Positions 46,924 through 59,783 of a DNA stretch of 64,000 nucleotides are shown here, piece by piece. Origin of the DNA: Lophium mytilinum. Taxonomy: Eukaryota. Each line of letters starts with the position of its first letter. Positions within the stretch are counted from its first letter, which is position 1. A model generated the notes under the pieces. It was not told where the DNA came from and did not search any database. It saw only the letters and a program-made list of their open reading frames with translations. A program made the translations under genes and the position numbers. The DNA lies in assembly GCA_010093605.1 (NCBI GenBank), contig MU004182.1:62001-126000 (forward strand), given 5' to 3'.

Positions 46924-48297
46924 TCAACGAATGACCCTCTCGCCATCGAAACCCTCCGCGATGCCCTCCATCTCGTGGTATGCCTTATCCAGCTGATCTG
47001 ATCTGCCAAGTGTCAGAGACATTTCATTGGCAGCAAAGCTATCCTGGAAGACCGACAAACTACCCTGGAAGGTAGGGAAACTACTCTTCGAGCGCCAACC
47101 CTCACCTCCAGCAGAGTCGCGCTGGCCGCCCAGTCGCAGCGCCTGTCCATCTAAGCTCTCGCTGGCTGCAACTGCTGGAGGAGAAGTCGACGTCGATGCG
47201 GACGCGATACTTCGCTCAAGTCCCTTTGGCTCCTCTACTCCGCTAGCTAGGGTCTCTGTGAAGCCGGAATCTTCGAACGACTCATCTTGCATCTCTAGTT
47301 CGAGTTGGACGTACGGATCAAAGTCGTCCATAACAACTCCCTCGTCTTGCTGGTTGCGATGCCATTGCTGGAGGTCATTCTGATTACCAACCGGCAAGCT
47401 CTCCAGCGAAGCCTCGGTCGTTGATTGTAAACATTTGTCCGCATCGAGCAAGCTTTCATCACCATAATCGCTATCCTCGTCCATATCGGTATCGTCGTCG
47501 TCGTCATCATCGTCGAACAGACCTCTAAGTCTCATTCGGGCATCGGTAATAGCATCAGGGAACTTCTCCTTGCCGGAGTAGAAGTCGTCGAAGCTTAGCG
47601 AGAGTCCACTGGTATCCACTAGTGTGAACTTGGGAGAGGCTGCATGTCTACCAGGTGTGTAGAACTCGTTCTCCCTAAGGTACTCTTGTTGGACGCGATA
47701 GCCACTCATCTCTCGGAGATCAGGCGGCTGGCTGAACGAAACCTTGCGCTTAGTCTTCTTGATCATGTCGCGCTTGGTCATAGCTTCCTCCCGGCGAACG
47801 CGCTTGTCTTGTTCGCCATTAAGATCTGGAGACTCTGACCTCGCACGCTTGCGTCGAGTGGGCAGGCTCTGGATAGGTCTCGCTACCCCGGTAGCGCTCT
47901 TGACTGCGACACGCTGGGAAGCAGCAAGCTTATCCGTCTCTCCCAGGATATCCAAACGTGCGTTCGCGAGTAGAAGACGCATACGATCGTAGCGACGACA
48001 AACTGTGCGGAAGTTTGCCCACGTCTGCTTCTCGGCGGGACTCAGGGGAAACTGCAAGATCATCTTCCAGCGTCCCGCATAGTTTTCGCGGTTCACCTTA
48101 TCAAAGAGGACCGCCATGCGTATGACTTCCTCCTTTAAGTCTTCCACAGAGACTTCACAGTGTACACAAAAGTCTTTTGTATCTTGGAGGAGCAGCGCGT
48201 CGTCCCCGACGTCAGTTCTGATATACTGACCGCATCCGACTCTAGCGCATCGAACGACACGCGTCGCTCGACCATGCAGTCGCGCTATAGTTGCCAT
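46924..48297 (-). CDS. Hypothetical 457-aa protein: N-terminal CxxxxC..CxxC, basic NLS-like stretches, acidic C-terminal half
   Basis: Intronless ORF with CARVGC..FCVHC, RRKRAR, KKTKRKVSF and a poly-D run; AT-rich TATA-like site ~48428-48436. Confidence 0.65.
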   Translation of the reverse strand: MATIARLHGRATRVVRCARVGCGQYIRTDVGDDALLLQDTKDFCVHCEVSVEDLKEEVIRMAVLFDKVNRENYAGRWKMILQFPLSPAEKQTWANFRTVCRRYDRMRLLLANARLDILGETDKLAASQRVAVKSATGVARPIQSLPTRRKRARSESPDLNGEQDKRVRREEAMTKRDMIKKTKRKVSFSQPPDLREMSGYRVQQEYLRENEFYTPGRHAASPKFTLVDTSGLSLSFDDFYSGKEKFPDAITDARMRLRGLFDDDDDDDDTDMDEDSDYGDESLLDADKCLQSTTEASLESLPVGNQNDLQQWHRNQQDEGVVMDDFDPYVQLELEMQDESFEDSGFTETLASGVEEPKGLERSIASASTSTSPPAVAASESLDGQALRLGGQRDSAGGEGWRSKSSFPTFQGSLSVFQDSFAANEMSLTLGRSDQLDKAYHEMEGIAEGFDGERVIR

Positions 48298-50030
48298 GGC
48301 TACTTAGGGTGTAGTGAGTTGGTGTTGTCCTCGAGGATCTTACGCGATGAGGTGGTGGGCCTGGTAGGGTGGTGGTAGGAGGTGCTTGTTGTTGTTGGTG
48401 CCTGAGTCCTTGGTGTTTACAGGAAGATATTAAATAGAGCGCTCAATTCGGGGTCCAAAGCCTCGACTCCTTCCATTCACCAGAGGAGCTCTTTTAGCCT
48501 CCTGCTTGCACTATCGATAAGACCTTCACGATCAAGCGGCTGCCGAGCCCCCTCAAGGTCTTGTCCCTTCACTGCCGTACCTACCTCCTCCTTCAATTCC
48601 TTCTGCACCTTCACTGAAACGGATCTTCGAACCCCGAATCTCTCCTTGGCTTCTCAATCTGATCCTTGCTCCCTTCTACCTCGTCTGTTTCCATCCGCTC
48701 CTCCGCATCCATTTCTCCAGCCTGAGAAACCGTTCCAACCCGGGCCCAGCCCATCCCGCCAATCTCGTCCACGTAAAGTGCTCATATCAGCAACAATGTA
48801 CCTCCCACCGACCGGCCATTTCCTCCCCTCTGACCTCCTCGTCTCCCTCTGATCCCGCTAGATCCAGTACTCGATCTCCGGCGCCTGCCGGTAGTGATAG
48901 TTCACCTGCCCACGTCCGCGTTGAAGAAGCAGATTCATTGCAGCACCTCGCCCCTTGAACCTGCTTCGGAAGCGCGGAGACAGACTTATCAGTCTATGGC
49001 GTAATAGTCGGCTAGCCACGGTAAGATGGCGCTCGGCTCGAATATGGGGAGGCTTCGGCGGGGAATGGTCGCCCATGGCGGGGATGCGGCTGGTTGGGTT
49101 GGTACGAAGGACGTCGTGGGTCTTTGTAAGGAGATGGTCAGGGGATGACGAGTTCCAGTAGGGAAATTGAGATCTCCTAGCTCTTGGTGGTCGCGGCCGT
49201 GTGGAGACATCTTGGAGGTTTCCGGTGAGCGGAGATGGAAGTGAAGGGAGGTGGTTGGATTTAAGTTTGCGCGATATCGAAATAAGAGGGTTGTTGCATC
49301 ACGATGATAGGACGAATCAGAGTGTAGTGCGGTTTAGCCCTCTTCTATATTTGTTCCGTCGGCAATAGAATTATGGAAGCTAATAGGGCGATAGAGCGCT
49401 TGATTAGATCCACTATTACCAACCCTATCTTGTCGCAAGACATGAACAAAATAGAATACCATCTATAAGCAAGAAATTTAAGGATTCTATCTTATCTGCA
49501 TCTAGAAATAATAAATAGAATATCTCAGGAGCAAATCGCCACCCCGGAGAGGTTTCGCTAGATCTATCCGCAATTCTTCTTCACTGACCACTCCCAGCCT
49601 CATGCAACGTCTGACCACCGTCTCTTTACCAGGCCTTTGAGCCTCTCTCTGCGAACCAGGGCACCCTCCCAACCCAACTCACGAGGTAAATGCCTAGATC
49701 CGGCCTTAGCTTCATAAACGTTCTGGTCGATTACCAACTGAGCTGCTGGTCAATCAGTGGATGAGGTTTTAATCGTAATTGAAACGTCTAGGGAGGCTCC
49801 GGAGAAGTCACGCTCCATGGATCTCGAAAGGTTGCCATTTTAGTTACCTGAAAGTTATATGCACAGTGCAGCACTGCAACCCGCATCGTTGAAATCAACG
49901 AAAAGAAGATGATTTTGAAAGAAATGGTACAGACGCTTACGCGCAGCCATAGAAAGGAACCCCCTAGAGCCGTCAACCATCCCCATCCTCGAACCGCATA
50001 CCCAAGTAGCCACGACTCTATCCCATCCCC

Positions 50031-51246
50031 CTACCACGAAACCGCCATCCCCTGCGCCGCCTTCCCCACCCCCTCCACCCTAAAATTCTCCACCTCCCCA
50101 ATCTTCCCCCCACTCACAACATCAAACACCGTCACATGCGCCACATCGCCCGGCGCCAGCGCATACACAAAGCTTCCAACCGCAACCAGATCAATATACC
50201 CCCCATTCCCATTCCCGCTCTCAAACACCCTCCCCAACCTCCCCTCCCTCGTCACCTCCACCAACCGATTCACAAGCACATCCGTCACGAACCCGCTCCC
50301 CGACGCCTCCGACCACCCCGCCCAGCACGTCGCCATCTGGCCCTGGATCACCAGCTTCTCATCCCCAACCACGCTCGTCACGCCCGCCGCCGACGTCGTC
50401 GTAATCACAGCCCCAAACGCCGCGTCCGCGATCAACACGTCGTTCGTCCCCGGGATCTTCGCGACGCCGAACAGCACCGCGGTGCCGGCCGGCGAGGAGC
50501 GCGTATCCTTCATCCCGACCTTTCCCTGCGCGAACGGGAACGAGGATACGTAGCCTGTCGTGTTCAGCGGCGGCGCGCCTTTCACGGTCGTCAGCAGCTG
50601 GCTGCCATCCGCGCTGAAGAAGGTCTGCGAGACGGTGGCGAGCGGGCCGGCGGGGGGCGTGGTCTGCGCGAGGTCGAACTCGCGGAGGGTGTCGAAGGGG
50701 GTGAGGCCCTTGGGAGAGTAGGTCCCGCAGGCGATGCCCGCGCGTGCGCCGGTGGTAGCGACGCAGATGGTGTTGTGGTGGGGGTGGGCGGCGACGGAGA
50801 TGGGGAAGTCGCCGAGGGTGGAGACGGGGGCGCCGATGGGGGTGAGGTGGGTGGGGTCGTGGGGGGAGATGGCGAAGGCGGAGAGGGTGGAGGAGCCGGG
50901 GTTGACGGCGAAGAGGAACTAGGGGGGTGTTAGGTGTGGTGAGGGAGGGGAGAGGGAGGGGGGTGTTTACGTTTCCGGAGACGGTGAGTGCGCCTTGCGA
51001 GAAGAGGGCGTCGGGGCCGGCGGTCGTGTTGCCGTTGGTGCCGCTGCCGCCAGCGCCGCCGGTGAGGGTGGTGGAGCCTGGGCTGAGAGTGCCGTCGTGG
51101 TTGATCTTCAGGGCGACTACGGCGTTTGAGGGCTCGTTTGAGATGAAGTAGATGGCTTTTGATTTGGATGCTGGGCAGGAAGGTGCTGCATTGATGCAAG
51201 AGAGTAAGGTCGAGAAGACCGACAAGGTTACAATTGGTCGAATCAT
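50031..51246 (-). CDS. Secreted lactonase/3-carboxymuconate-cyclase-like beta-propeller protein
   Basis: Signal peptide, KAIYFISN..NAVVAL, TGGAG, DALFSQ, an intron at ~50920-50970, then FLFAVNPGS, GDFPISVA, VSQTFFSADG and IQGQMATCW. Confidence 0.85.
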
Positions 51247-52210
51247 TGCGATATAGCAACAGAGGGGTTGGACAACAGAGGGGGATACTTAAGAAGTACG
51301 AAGAGAGTGTCGATTGAGTGATGAGTGAGGGCAGTATTGCGAGGGTAGTCCTCCCCCTAAATACAACTTAGAAGACACAAGATTCCTCTATCCCAATTCC
51401 TGAATTGCGAATCAGCTCATTGCGGGATCTAGCCCGGTTCCTAGATGTAGAACACTACTAAGGTACTAAGTGGATATTCTCCAAATTGAAGGCATTCCCG
51501 AGAAGTATTTGGAATGTCTTTTCAGCGTTGCAGCGGGCTGAGAAACGAATAAACCTTGATCAATCGTGTTTCGACCTATGTGTTTGCAACCCTAGCTCGG
51601 CCGGCTATGAAGCTGGGGCCTGTAGTTTACTACATAGGGAGCGGGATTATGGAATCGGGCGTCGGGCCTTGACCTTTCGGGGATACGTGCAGTTCATCTC
51701 GCGTGCGCAGACTTCGATACGACCGGTCCGCAGGGTAATCCTTCATATTAGAACAAATCGTACGTATAGAGGGATTCGTAACTTGCTAGACGTTGGGAGG
51801 ATGCGGCTGATGTCCAAGACTGGAGATGGAGTGAGATTGTTTCCATAATCAGCTAAGCCTATTCGGGTAATTCTAATCAGCTAGGGCTCATCGAGTTAGA
51901 GGCCAGGCTCCACCTACCAGCTCCCAAATATAGATCATGCCTCTCAAGCCAAAGGTCGGATAAATACCTAAAGTTCTCCGATGCCTTTTGTGGTGTAACT
52001 GACAATGCTGCTTTGTCACTGTTCTGAGTACTTGATCGCATTTGCGAAGATCGCCACTGGATGGAAGTTCATCATGTCGGATAACGGGTAACTCGTCGAA
52101 CAGGGAAAAGGTAAAGCACCTTTGAATCTATTCGATAGAAATAATAGAAGGAAAGAGGTATCTCAAAAGCGTAATCCAACAAGACCAAAAGTCAGCCACC
52201 GATTCCTTGA

Positions 52211-53170
52211 TCAAGCCACTGCTATGGCCTCCCCCTCCTCCTTCATCCACATCTCCCTCTTCTTTGCAAACTCCTCCTGCGTGACCGGTAGCGGCGGTAG
52301 GGTCTCCGCAATATCCAGCAAGATCTCAGTCCTACTCGTCAGCACATCCGAATCCTCACTTGTCCGGCTCCCATCATCTGAGTCGCTTCCCACACTGCCG
52401 CGCCGGCTCTCCAGCGCGCCCTCGTGGTCCAAAAAGATCGATCCCCAAAGGCGCTCAACGTAGTGGCCATATTCTGGGTTAGGGTGGTTCGCATCGGTGA
52501 ATGCCTTGAGTAGCTTCTCGTAGAAGCTCTTCGGCCGTGCTTGGACGGTCTCGCGGGTGACGCCAAAGAACGCACCGCTTGCGAACCATACAGACTCTGG
52601 ATGCGGGCCGCCGATGTACTCGGTCCAGAACTCGGCAGGGGTCAGCTGTGCGCGCAGCATCGTCTTGCCGTTCTTATGGAACCACCACCGGAACTTGGGG
52701 TCGGATTCCCAGGGCAGCCCGGACCATTGGTCGAAGTTGGGCACGACGGGGGTGAAGCAAGTGAAGCCAGAAGTGGAGTTGCTCTTGATTGATCGCGACT
52801 TCATCTCAGGCACGGAGACGGTGCTATGCGGAGGGGTGCGGCCGTCTGGGTTGTAGGCATCGCCTTGCACAAAGAGAGTCACGTCGGCGATGGTGTCATA
52901 GTGGGTGACGAGGTGGTGTAGATAGGTGTGTGCTTCACGGCCGATGTTGGGTAGCGTGCGGACATCTTTCCAGCTGCCAGCGGCTGGTGTGTTGCCTGGT
53001 GCCACAAGCCAGTGTCAGCGTCGGTCTGGTCAGAGAGACTGCGATAAATTCTCACGTCTCCCACCTTTCGAGTAGATGATGGTGTCGGGAGCGAGCTCCT
53101 CGAGCCAGGACAGCTCTTCATTGTAGTGCGCAACTATGCACTCGAATTCTAGCCGGTTGTTCCGTGCCAT
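52211..53170 (-). CDS. DUF3431-family protein
   Basis: IVAHYNEELSWL, IYSK, LPNIGREAHTYLHH, VTLFVQG and GHYVERLW. Coding intron ~53017-53064 and a probable 5'-UTR intron 53171-53220. Confidence 0.85.
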
Positions 53171-54953
53171 CTGATGTATCCAGTCAGCTAATGTTCATCG
53201 CTTCTTTTCTTGTGGCTCACTTTTGCTTTGATGGAATGGTTGACTAAGTCGTGTTTATTGAGCAGAAGTAATAGTACGCAGGACAGCTGGGAGTTTGGGA
53301 CAAGGAGGGGGTATTGAAATGAGATTGAGAATACAGAACTAGTTGAAGTAGGCAGACGGTATCAGCCTCGTATTATATTGGTCAACCTCTCAGTCTCACC
53401 TCCTTCCCATGCCTACGTCACGCCCCTTCCTCCTCAAATTCAAGGCCGAATATCCATATCGCCCCTCAACAACCCTCCCGCAGCGCCTATCCAAGCCCTT
53501 TCAGCCCCCAGCGCCGCCAAGCAGCCTATCGCTATGGAGTTCTGCGGTCTGCGGTGAGACGGCAGAACAAGCGCACTGGGTGCGATAAAGACAGAGCGCC
53601 GCTTGCGTCTGGCTCTTGACTAAACACCGCCTAGCACTGGTGCTGGCGTCAGCCCTAAAAAAGGCGTCGTCGCAACCAATCGCAGAGCCAGGACCATCAC
53701 GAGCCAATCAGTGCATTGTCGGAGCGCACGCTGATACCTTTTCTGGTGGAAATGTGGGTATGCCGGTGACGTCAGCGTAGATTGCATCGTTCTTGGTGTT
53801 TCGGAATTCCATGTTCTATACGAAAAGCTTGATACTGAAAGAAGCTTGCAATTCGCCCGCGCGCTTCGTAATGCGACGAAACGCATGCACGCAGCTTATA
53901 TTGCGGGTCTGACCCCTGTGCTAGTACATCCGGTCGGGTTCATCCGCCCTCAATCCTCAATGGAGTTTGCTTGTCAGAGAAGAGGTTACACAGCTTGAAT
54001 TGGGAATGCTTGGGGTGCATGATTGTCTTATCGCCCCGCCGTCGTAGCTACAGACCGCCATTTTAAGATGAGCCTTCTGACTTCCTCAAGTTGCTTTCGC
54101 TGATGATCACTTCGTTTCTAGATTTTAGCATGGGCGCCACGAATGTAGTTCGCGAGCTTGTGTTTGAGTGCTTATACTAATGATCACGTGACTTTGTCGT
54201 TATCGACTTGGAGGCTCTAAAGACAGCAATTGTATGGCCTGCTGCTTGATTCGGTTGCTAGAGATGCTCCAATATGATAATGCAACGGTTCGATGAGACA
54301 GAAACAGGATTTGTCATAATCACGTAACCCTACCAGATTCTGGGATGAGATATATGAGTAGTCAGCTAAGTGTCTACTACCTTACCCGGTTCCTTCCTAG
54401 AGCTACCTCATCCAGTCTTAAACGGAATTGATCGTCAGAAGTAGTTGCATAACACTAATGACACCGTAGCGGATGTAAAGGTACGCTAGGCCGAGTCTAG
54501 ATTTACCACCCGCTATGCTACCCATGCGCCCCCTGCAGCATTGAGTGGCAGTCCATCAGTATGAGCTCAACTCTGTTCAACAACCTAATATTCCAAGGTA
54601 CCTAGCTTTGCTTATAGTGCCTTGGCAGAGGTCTCAGCACATTTGTTTTACCTCCCTCAGAGCTGCTTTTGTACATTTCAGAAGCTCTCATAGAATTAAA
54701 GTTACTAAGAGGTTAGAAAATCCTCGTAGAGCACGATTTAACAAAAGATGGATAACACATTACCGTAGAAAAGAACTGTGTTAGCCCATTCGGGTCGTTC
54801 ATGGTACCTACTGCTCCAGGAATTCAAACTTGTTGTGTGAGAGCTGGGCCGCATAGATGTTGAGGCTCACAAACCGTCCGATATCTATTATGATTGAGGC
54901 CCTAGACTACACTTGATGTATCTACATTAATGCACAGCGCCAAATATTCACTC

Positions 54954-56212
54954 TCAGAAACGGCTCTGTTCATCCAGGCGGTCAGCTACCGTACTCTGAA
55001 TGTACAAGGACCTGACGTTTCCGGGACGGTGATGCGACATAGTTGGGCTCTGATACGGAGCATTCTCAGATCCCAACAGGTGAACGAGCCAGGATTCGTC
55101 CACCGGGGGCTCTTCACACGTATAGTCGTGCCACGCTTGAAGTATCAATCTGCTGTCTTTGACCATAACGCAATAGTCCGTAGGGCAGTATCGGCACGAC
55201 CAAGTCTGCCGATTCACGCGATTCCCTGGCTCCTGGAAAGCTGACCGAACAGCAAGAACAAAGGTCATCAGTTGGCGGGCCGTGGAGAGACTCCGGGTTG
55301 CTGGCTAAGTGCGGGCAGGGTCTGGTTTCCGGAAACGATATTTCGGGGGCATGGCTTCTCGTCACTTCCGTGTATGTGAACTCCCAATTTGCGAAAAGCA
55401 GGAACCTGCCTTCGAAAATCTTCGGGCGAGCTGAGAAGATCGCGGCACACGGCCATAGATTGTCCTCCTAGCCTACGTAAAACCTCACGGATTCTAGTTC
55501 GATTGGTTCAAGAAACGTAGTGTGGTACGCCAATAGCCCTGCCAAGTGTTCTGGATCGGGATTTCCAAGACGGGTGTACTTGAGCGCGAGCTGCACGTGG
55601 TGATGTGCTAGCCAATAGTGGGGTCCGTAATTGATAGATTCCGCGTTGCCACAGCTTGTATATCTTGGACAGTCAGGACCAAGTTAGCAACCGGTCGGGC
55701 GTTGAGGAGTATCTGAACAATCGGCAATCTGTGTAGTGCAACAAGCTGAGCACATCATAGCATGCGGCAATCTGTGGGCAAACTTGACAGAGTTGTCGAA
55801 GAATTCTTGCGGGGAAAGCGCTCTTACGGAGCTCCGACACGTCGCCGCGAATAAATGTTCCATAGCTTGGCAAGTCCTGTGAAGGAAAAATTGGTCCACG
55901 AGAGGGAGTTCATCAATATCAGCCAAAGCACCTTGATGGGTAGTTGAAGGAAAGGAGACTGCTGTTTCATCGCAGCCGGTATTGGTAGATCCACGGGCAT
56001 TTGGCGGTAAGGAGGTGGTGGTGGGTTTGTTGCATCCGAGGTCGGCGCTTCAACGGGCAAGCCGTAGTAAGCAGGTGGTGGCGACTTCTTCGCAACTGAA
56101 TTTGGACGAGTGCTAAGTAGCTGGTTGTAGAAAGACGGTGGTTGACCAAGAGTTGAGATGGAGACGAGTGGTGGTCCTGAAGTTGAGGTCTGTGATGTCT
56201 AAGCGGAGGCAT
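54954..56212 (-). pseudogene. Decayed F-box protein gene
   Basis: F-box SPFLQLPIKVL / DELPLVDQFFLHRTC is split across frames. Family-like blocks CSACC, HHHVQLALKY and SCRYCPTDY..QAWHD lie in different frames with stops. Confidence 0.65.
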
Positions 56213-57487
56213 CGTTGCGACGATATTTCCCACAGATTCGGCCGACAGACTGGACCATAAGGTCGTGAAGACCCATATCGAAGAATCTGTGGGTGAGAGC
56301 ACTGGCTTCCGGACACAAGGGGTGAGGAGGGTCTTAAGATGTCGAGTGAAGGTCGAACAGTAAGTGCAGTCTGCCTGGAGTTTTTATACGTGGGTCTTTC
56401 GGCCGGCATTCAGGTACAATTATTCATAGCGCACTACAAGAAATCATGCGAGTTGTAGGTAACTATGGTTGATGGCGATTAAGTTCCGTGGGTCACTCAC
56501 ACGCGTGGATACACACCATCTTGGCATCCGAGACGGCCTTTATTGATTTTCGTCGTCACGTAGTATTGGCAACCGCGGAGCCAAAAAGTGCACGCAGAGT
56601 TAAAAAGTCGTCGGAGTGGCGCAGTACAAGTTGGAGGGAACTCCCGGTCCGGATCCAGAATGTCGATGTCCATGCCAGTGTGAGTGGAGGTGTCATCATC
56701 GCCATCGAGTCTTCGTATGTGTTTTAAGAACTATACAGGTGCGCAGGGGAAAGGGCGCTAGAGGTGAAATCCAGACTGACTTGATCCATCACTCCAATAG
56801 CGGCTAGGCATACGTGGCGACGCAAGCGATCCAGGAAGCGACTAGGGCAAGTGATGTTGAAGAAAAGGCGGAAGCTCGACGGAAGGAAGCAACTTATAAC
56901 GTCTCATGCTCATTTAGAAGGAAGCACTCTGTCGTGACTTGTGAAGGAGCAGCAGAAGGCAGTCCTTAGCGCCTCTTGTTGTTCTAGATATACCGAAGTA
57001 CTTCAGAGAGCGGTGAACCAGTATAAGGAGACGTCGTCATGGCAAGTGAGGCATGAAATAGGTGGCACTCTATTCTGGCTTTTGTACACCTGTCTAGCGA
57101 TGCTTGTGGTGCTTCAATGTACTTTTGAAATTATAAACGAGGAAGAAACTCTTACCCATAGGCTATAGTAAAACTTCTTAAAGCACTCTAAGCAGTGGTA
57201 GACAGGTGTCCCTACCTACTAGGTAGAATGGCCATGTGACAGCGTGGTAGATAAGTGGCTGTAGAAATTAGTAGTCCACGACTCCGTGAGGTATACAGAC
57301 GGTGTTGAACTGCTTGAGTGTGCTAGCCACTTTGTTCCTGCCCAGCGTGCACGGAAAGGAGTGAGTGGTCCAAGCGCGGTTTCTCTATTCTAGGTACCCT
57401 CCATCCGTCAACATCGACAATCATCTCCGCACCTCACATCAATCCATCCTGCGACGTTAACACCGGTATCAGACTACGCACAACATA

Positions 57488-58960
57488 ATGAGCTCAAAAA
57501 GTGATATAGGTGCGTGTGTTTAAGCCCAGCCCTTTCTCCCCTGCCTACTGATTATCCGCGTTAGAGCATGAGAGCCGTAAGGCAGAGAGTGAGGATCTCA
57601 TCTAGAGTTTGGCACCGGCGATGGGCTAACACTCCACCCTCAAGTCTCGCCTGCTAGCCAGAACAGCGCTGTCCCACTCTTGCAGCCATGGACCGCCCAG
57701 GATCTCCTACGAGCCGAAGGACTCAAAGCCCAAACTTCACGAGAGAAGTATCATCTTCATCTCGCGAAAGCCGTTGACGCAGGACTCCTTTCGCTGGACC
57801 AGGCAAAATGTGAATATCACCCAACGACTGAGGCCGAGATTGCGGCTGGCTTGGCGAGAACCAACGATACAGCGGAGGTGTACTTTGCTAGCCGAGACAC
57901 GGTTGTACATCGTCGACCACTTGAGGTTGAAGAGTTGTTGCAAGTCTTTGACAAAGGGTCTATTGGTGCATACGTTCTGCGTCTAGAGGCTGAAGTCCAC
58001 GGGGCGGAGAGATTCACATCGATGGCGAAAGAGGAGGTTATGATGGCTAAGGAAAAATGTATGAAGGCGATGGAAGAGGTTATGATGGCGAAGAAAGAGA
58101 TTGTGGTGGCAAGAGAGAAAGGGTGGGCAGAAGCTAAAGAGGAGGCGGAAGATGAGCGAAAGATGTTGATAAGAAAGCTGAAGGAGACAGAGCGTGAAGT
58201 CAAGGAACTAAGGCTTGCGCTTGGTGTAAAGCTCGAAATTCGCAGTGTCTATCTGGCTATGAGAGCTGAGGCATTCGAGGCTGGCCGTCAGGATATGAGG
58301 GATGAGATAGACGTCCACGAGAGAGTGGAGACGCCTTCCACTCAACGCGATGCGGAGAAACCTTCACCAGACGATTCCGAGGGGCCTGCTACATCTGACC
58401 AGAACTCTCGAAAAATACGTAAAGAGTCGCAGAACGAACAAGTTGATAACTTGAGCGAAGATATCGGAGTTCCGGGGTTAATCGCATTGGGAAGGCCACG
58501 GAGCAGAGTAACATCGCGATTAAAATCTTCAGGGGTACTCAAATCAATGTGGGTCGAGCAGGATCTTGCCAAAGCCGTCCTCGCTGCCGCAGGTAGCTCC
58601 GATATGGGCCAGCTTCAGCAATCGTTCCGGCAGGCCAAGCTGTACGGTTGGCGCTATTCCGCTCTTCACCACAAGCTGAAAAGCCTTCTTGGCCTTCGTG
58701 TTTTGGACATCGGCTGCGGCGATCAAAACATGCCTTGGTGTATCGAAGATTTCGTCGAGGAAGATTGCACACAGATTAAGTACTTTCTAGACGATGGTGA
58801 GACATGGATCTCCATCTTCGACTATTTCCAGCAGTACGGCAGAACTATGTTGACGCCCGGATTGCCGCTTGTCAAGATGAGCGAGGGAAGCCAGATCTAC
58901 TTTCCGATCGATGTTCTCCGTATTGCACCAGGCAACCCCTGGCCGCTGCCTGAGTTCTAG
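57488..58960 (+). CDS. Coiled-coil protein with C-terminal stand-alone PAZ-like domain
   Basis: ATG 57488; introns 57510-57564 and ~57576-57644 join ORF 57680-58960. Heptad repeats, and the C-terminal LKSLLGLRV..ISIFDYFQQY..L.PGLPLV..IYFPIDVLRIAPG matches the Argonaute PAZ consensus as I recall it. Confidence 0.7.
58022..58126 (+). repeat. Five degenerate 21-bp coding repeats (heptads)
   Basis: MAKEEVM/MAKEKCM/KAMEEVM/MAKKEIV/VAREKGW; gaggttatgatggc occurs twice. Confidence 0.75.
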
Positions 58961-59783
58961 ACCTCGGTGGTTTGACATTGAAGGCGAGTATGAAGGACTG
59001 TTAGGGGTCAGTACTGTATGGGATATATAAGATTATGACAACTTTGTAGTACTAGAAAGTACTGTTTTAACACACTTCCACCAAGTCTTATACCATCGTG
59101 TGAAGCCTTCACTGCCATGTCTTGATTGCTGATGACCTGTGAAAATTTGGAGCACGGGAATTGGACTCACATTTCGTAGAAACCGCTGGCAAATGGACAT
59201 CACTGTCTAGAGTCCTTCACCAGGCCACCCAAAATTCAAATAAGAAACAAATTCTTGGAACGTTCAAATCGGGTCTCTGACCTGGTGCTTTTTCACCGCG
59301 GCGTGAATGTTGGGGGCAGGTAGCGAACACTACTGTCTGAAGTCCTTCAATACCTTTCAGAACTCTGACTCAGGGTGCAAAATTCTGGAGGACGCAAATC
59401 AGGCCACTAGCATTATATCCATACACCACCGCTTGAAGTTCCCTAGAGTTTCCTGTAGTCAGGATGTGATGTAGAGTTCTGGAGCCTGCGCATCAAACCC
59501 TGAATTTCCACTGTTTACCAGGGCCTGAAGTTCTCCAATGCAGCATTATACACCCAAACGCAACGTGAATTCTTGCAGCACGCGAACCAGACCCACAGCT
59601 CCCATCATGTACCAACGCCAAACGTTCCCCAGCGCACCCCCGGAAATCCGAGCAGAACGCCAAAGCACCCAAACACGACCAACCACACATCTCAAAAAAT
59701 CATCACTATGTATATCATTACCATTACACTACCCTAACCCCACCCATCCACTTCTTCTCCTCCCCACCCCTCCCACTCCCACC

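Noticed and set aside
48600..49210. Possible small minus-strand gene starting at ATG 49210
   Set aside because: Broken by stops and frame changes, and no family recognised; may be a relic but unsupported.
50136..50933. 265-aa plus-strand ORF
   Set aside because: Antisense shadow of the strongly codon-biased lactonase-like gene.
58690..58725. LRVLDIGCGD resembling SAM-binding motif I of a methyltransferase
   Set aside because: Only ~80 aa follow, without later Rossmann motifs, and they fit the PAZ consensus better. Treated as a coincidental look-alike, though not excluded without a profile search.
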